Assembly: GCA_038321985.1 (NCBI GenBank)
Contig: JBBQFN010000007.1
Coordinates: 64,001 to 128,000 of the forward strand
From: Cyanophyceae cyanobacterium
Lineage (GTDB): Bacteria > Cyanobacteriota > Cyanobacteriia > Cyanobacteriales > Laspinemataceae
Length of the DNA stretch: 64,000 nucleotides
Direction of reading: 5' to 3'
Under the pieces are notes generated by a model. It saw only the letters and a list, made by a program, of their open reading frames with translations, did no database searches and had not been told where the DNA came from. Of the stretch, positions 62,393 through 64,000 are shown piece by piece (positions within the stretch are counted from its first letter, which is position 1; each line of letters begins with the position of its first letter). Made by a program: the position numbers and the translations under genes.

Positions 62393-63832
62393 ATGAAAAG
62401 TATTAGCAAACCCGAAAAAATAGAGAAAAACTGGGGGATGGCGATCGCCTCCCCCGCCCAGGAATTTCCCCTCACTCCCCTCAAAACCATCACCGGAACC
62501 ATCCCCTCAGGATTGCGCGGAACCCTCTACCGCAATGGTCCAGGGCGTCTCACCCGAGGGGAAACCCGAGTCGGACATTGGTTTGATGGAGATGGGGCAG
62601 TTTTAGGCGTTCATTTTACCGGCAGCGAAACCCGCGCCCTCTACCGCTACGTCCAAACAGCCGGATATCAAGCCGAAGCAGCCGAGGGCCGCCTACAATT
62701 TGGCGGATATGGCACCCTTCCCCCGGGACCCATCTGGAAACGATTTGGCAAGGGGGTCAAAAATGCTGCGAATACCTCAGTAATTGCCCTCCCGGACAAA
62801 CTTTTAGCCCTCTGGGAAGGGGGACATCCCCACGGATTAGATTTAGAAACCCTAGAAACCTTCGGACTGGACAACTTAAAGGGTTTGGAACCCGACTGGC
62901 CCTATTCCGCCCACCCCAAACGCGACCCCCAAACCGGGGAAATCTATAATTTTGGCGTCACCCCGGGAAAAAACACCCAACTGCACGTTTACCGCAGCAA
63001 CAACCGGGGTTCAATCCAACAACAGGCCGCATTTGACTTGGATGGAATGCCGCTAATCCATGATTTTGTCATGGCCGGACCCTATTTAATCTTTTTTATT
63101 TCCCCCCTACGGATGAGTCTGTTACCCGCCTTGTTGCACCTAAAAAGTTTTAGCGACTGCTTAACCTGGCATCCCGAGTTAGGGACTCAGATATTGGTGA
63201 TTGACCGTTCCAGCTTAGAACTGGTGAGTCGGGGGGAAGCGGAACCCTGGTATCAGTGGCATTTCGGCAATGGTTCGGTGAATCGGGATGGAGAGATTGG
63301 ATTAGATTTGGTGCGTTATGAGGATTTTCAAACCAATCAATATCTCAAAGAATTTGCCACCTTGGAGACGGAGACGGCAGCGAAAGGGACCCTTTGCCGA
63401 GTCCGACTGAATCCCACTACCGGAAAAGTGATTACCACAGAGACGATCGTCGATCGCCACTGTGAATTTCCCACGGTAGATTTCCGAGAAGTGGGACAGG
63501 AATGGCGCTATACCTATTTATCCTTGCATCGAGAGGGGGTAGAGTTAGGGCAGGAACCATTAGGGGCGATCGGGCGCTTCGACTATCAAACCGGCCAACT
63601 GACTGAGGCCCCTATTCCCGACAACTGTTATCCGAGTGAACCGATTTACGCACCAGATGGCGATCGACCTGAACAAGGCTGGGTTTTAAGCGTGGTTTAT
63701 GATGCCAACCAGCATCAGAGTCAGGTATGGATTTTTGATGGCGATCGGTTAGATCAGGAACCGGAATGTCGGTTAGCGTTACCGGGGGTAATTCCGTTTA
63801 GCTTTCATGGAACCTGGAATCCTGGAAATTGA
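62393..63832 (+). CDS. Carotenoid cleavage oxygenase (RPE65/CCD family)
   Basis: LYRNGPG, HWFDGDG, SAHPK, IHDF, WHFGN, EFP, SEP, FHGTW (four His ligands). Confidence 0.93.
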   Translation: MKSISKPEKIEKNWGMAIASPAQEFPLTPLKTITGTIPSGLRGTLYRNGPGRLTRGETRVGHWFDGDGAVLGVHFTGSETRALYRYVQTAGYQAEAAEGRLQFGGYGTLPPGPIWKRFGKGVKNAANTSVIALPDKLLALWEGGHPHGLDLETLETFGLDNLKGLEPDWPYSAHPKRDPQTGEIYNFGVTPGKNTQLHVYRSNNRGSIQQQAAFDLDGMPLIHDFVMAGPYLIFFISPLRMSLLPALLHLKSFSDCLTWHPELGTQILVIDRSSLELVSRGEAEPWYQWHFGNGSVNRDGEIGLDLVRYEDFQTNQYLKEFATLETETAAKGTLCRVRLNPTTGKVITTETIVDRHCEFPTVDFREVGQEWRYTYLSLHREGVELGQEPLGAIGRFDYQTGQLTEAPIPDNCYPSEPIYAPDGDRPEQGWVLSVVYDANQHQSQVWIFDGDRLDQEPECRLALPGVIPFSFHGTWNPGN

Positions 63833-64000
63833 ATTGGTCCACTTATAAATCTGGTGGTTATAAAGAAAGCGAGCTTTTGGGGTGCGTTTGCACAGCGTGC
63901 TGTAAACTTTAAGTATACCTACGGCACCCTGCGTGAACCCTGTCCGGCACTCCCCAAAATCTACTTTATAACTGTAGAAACTGCTAGAGCCTAATTTATT

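Larger units (their letters stand above)
1..64000. repeat. HIP1 octamer GCGATCGC dispersed throughout
   Basis: Roughly 1-2 per kb by eye (not counted exactly), in both coding and intergenic DNA, e.g. 5418, 26484, 28654, 30933, 48724, 62441. Confidence 0.97.

Overview
Chromosomal DNA from a filamentous cyanobacterium of the Oscillatoriales. It is probably Oscillatoria acuminata or Laspinema-like: HIP1 (GCGATCGC) is dense, psbA and sasA are present, and there is a 366-aa BLUF-adenylyl cyclase very similar to OaPAC as I remember it. About 44 credible CDSs. Housekeeping and metabolism: tkt (partial), susA, def, crtH, upp, aroE, alkaline/neutral invertase, Na+/H+ antiporter, iscS, cbiD, yajQ, carotenoid oxygenase. 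Signalling: PAC, a dCache-HAMP adenylyl cyclase, SasA, and a hybrid kinase pair. Surface proteins: RTX/Calx-beta, PEP-CTERM, WGxxGxxG. There is also a heavy-metal cluster (Csp3-like protein, RppAB/NrsRS-type two-component system, RND adaptor and pump, lipoprotein). Two ncRNAs missing from the ORF track are recognisable: IsaR1 between crtH and upp, and a probable 6S RNA upstream of yajQ. I saw no tRNA, rRNA, CRISPR array or intact transposase. The most novel-looking observations are: (1) base composition flips at HIP1 sites, G/T-rich on the 5' side and C/A-rich on the 3' side; (2) an orphan ribbon-helix-helix / coiled-coil / basic-linker protein with candidate operator repeats behind a 2.1-kb gene-free region; (3) an RND adaptor whose alpha-hairpin is lengthened by matched triplication of both arms, with a direct-repeat box shared with the copper-storage gene. 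All family calls come from motif recognition by eye; no searches were run.
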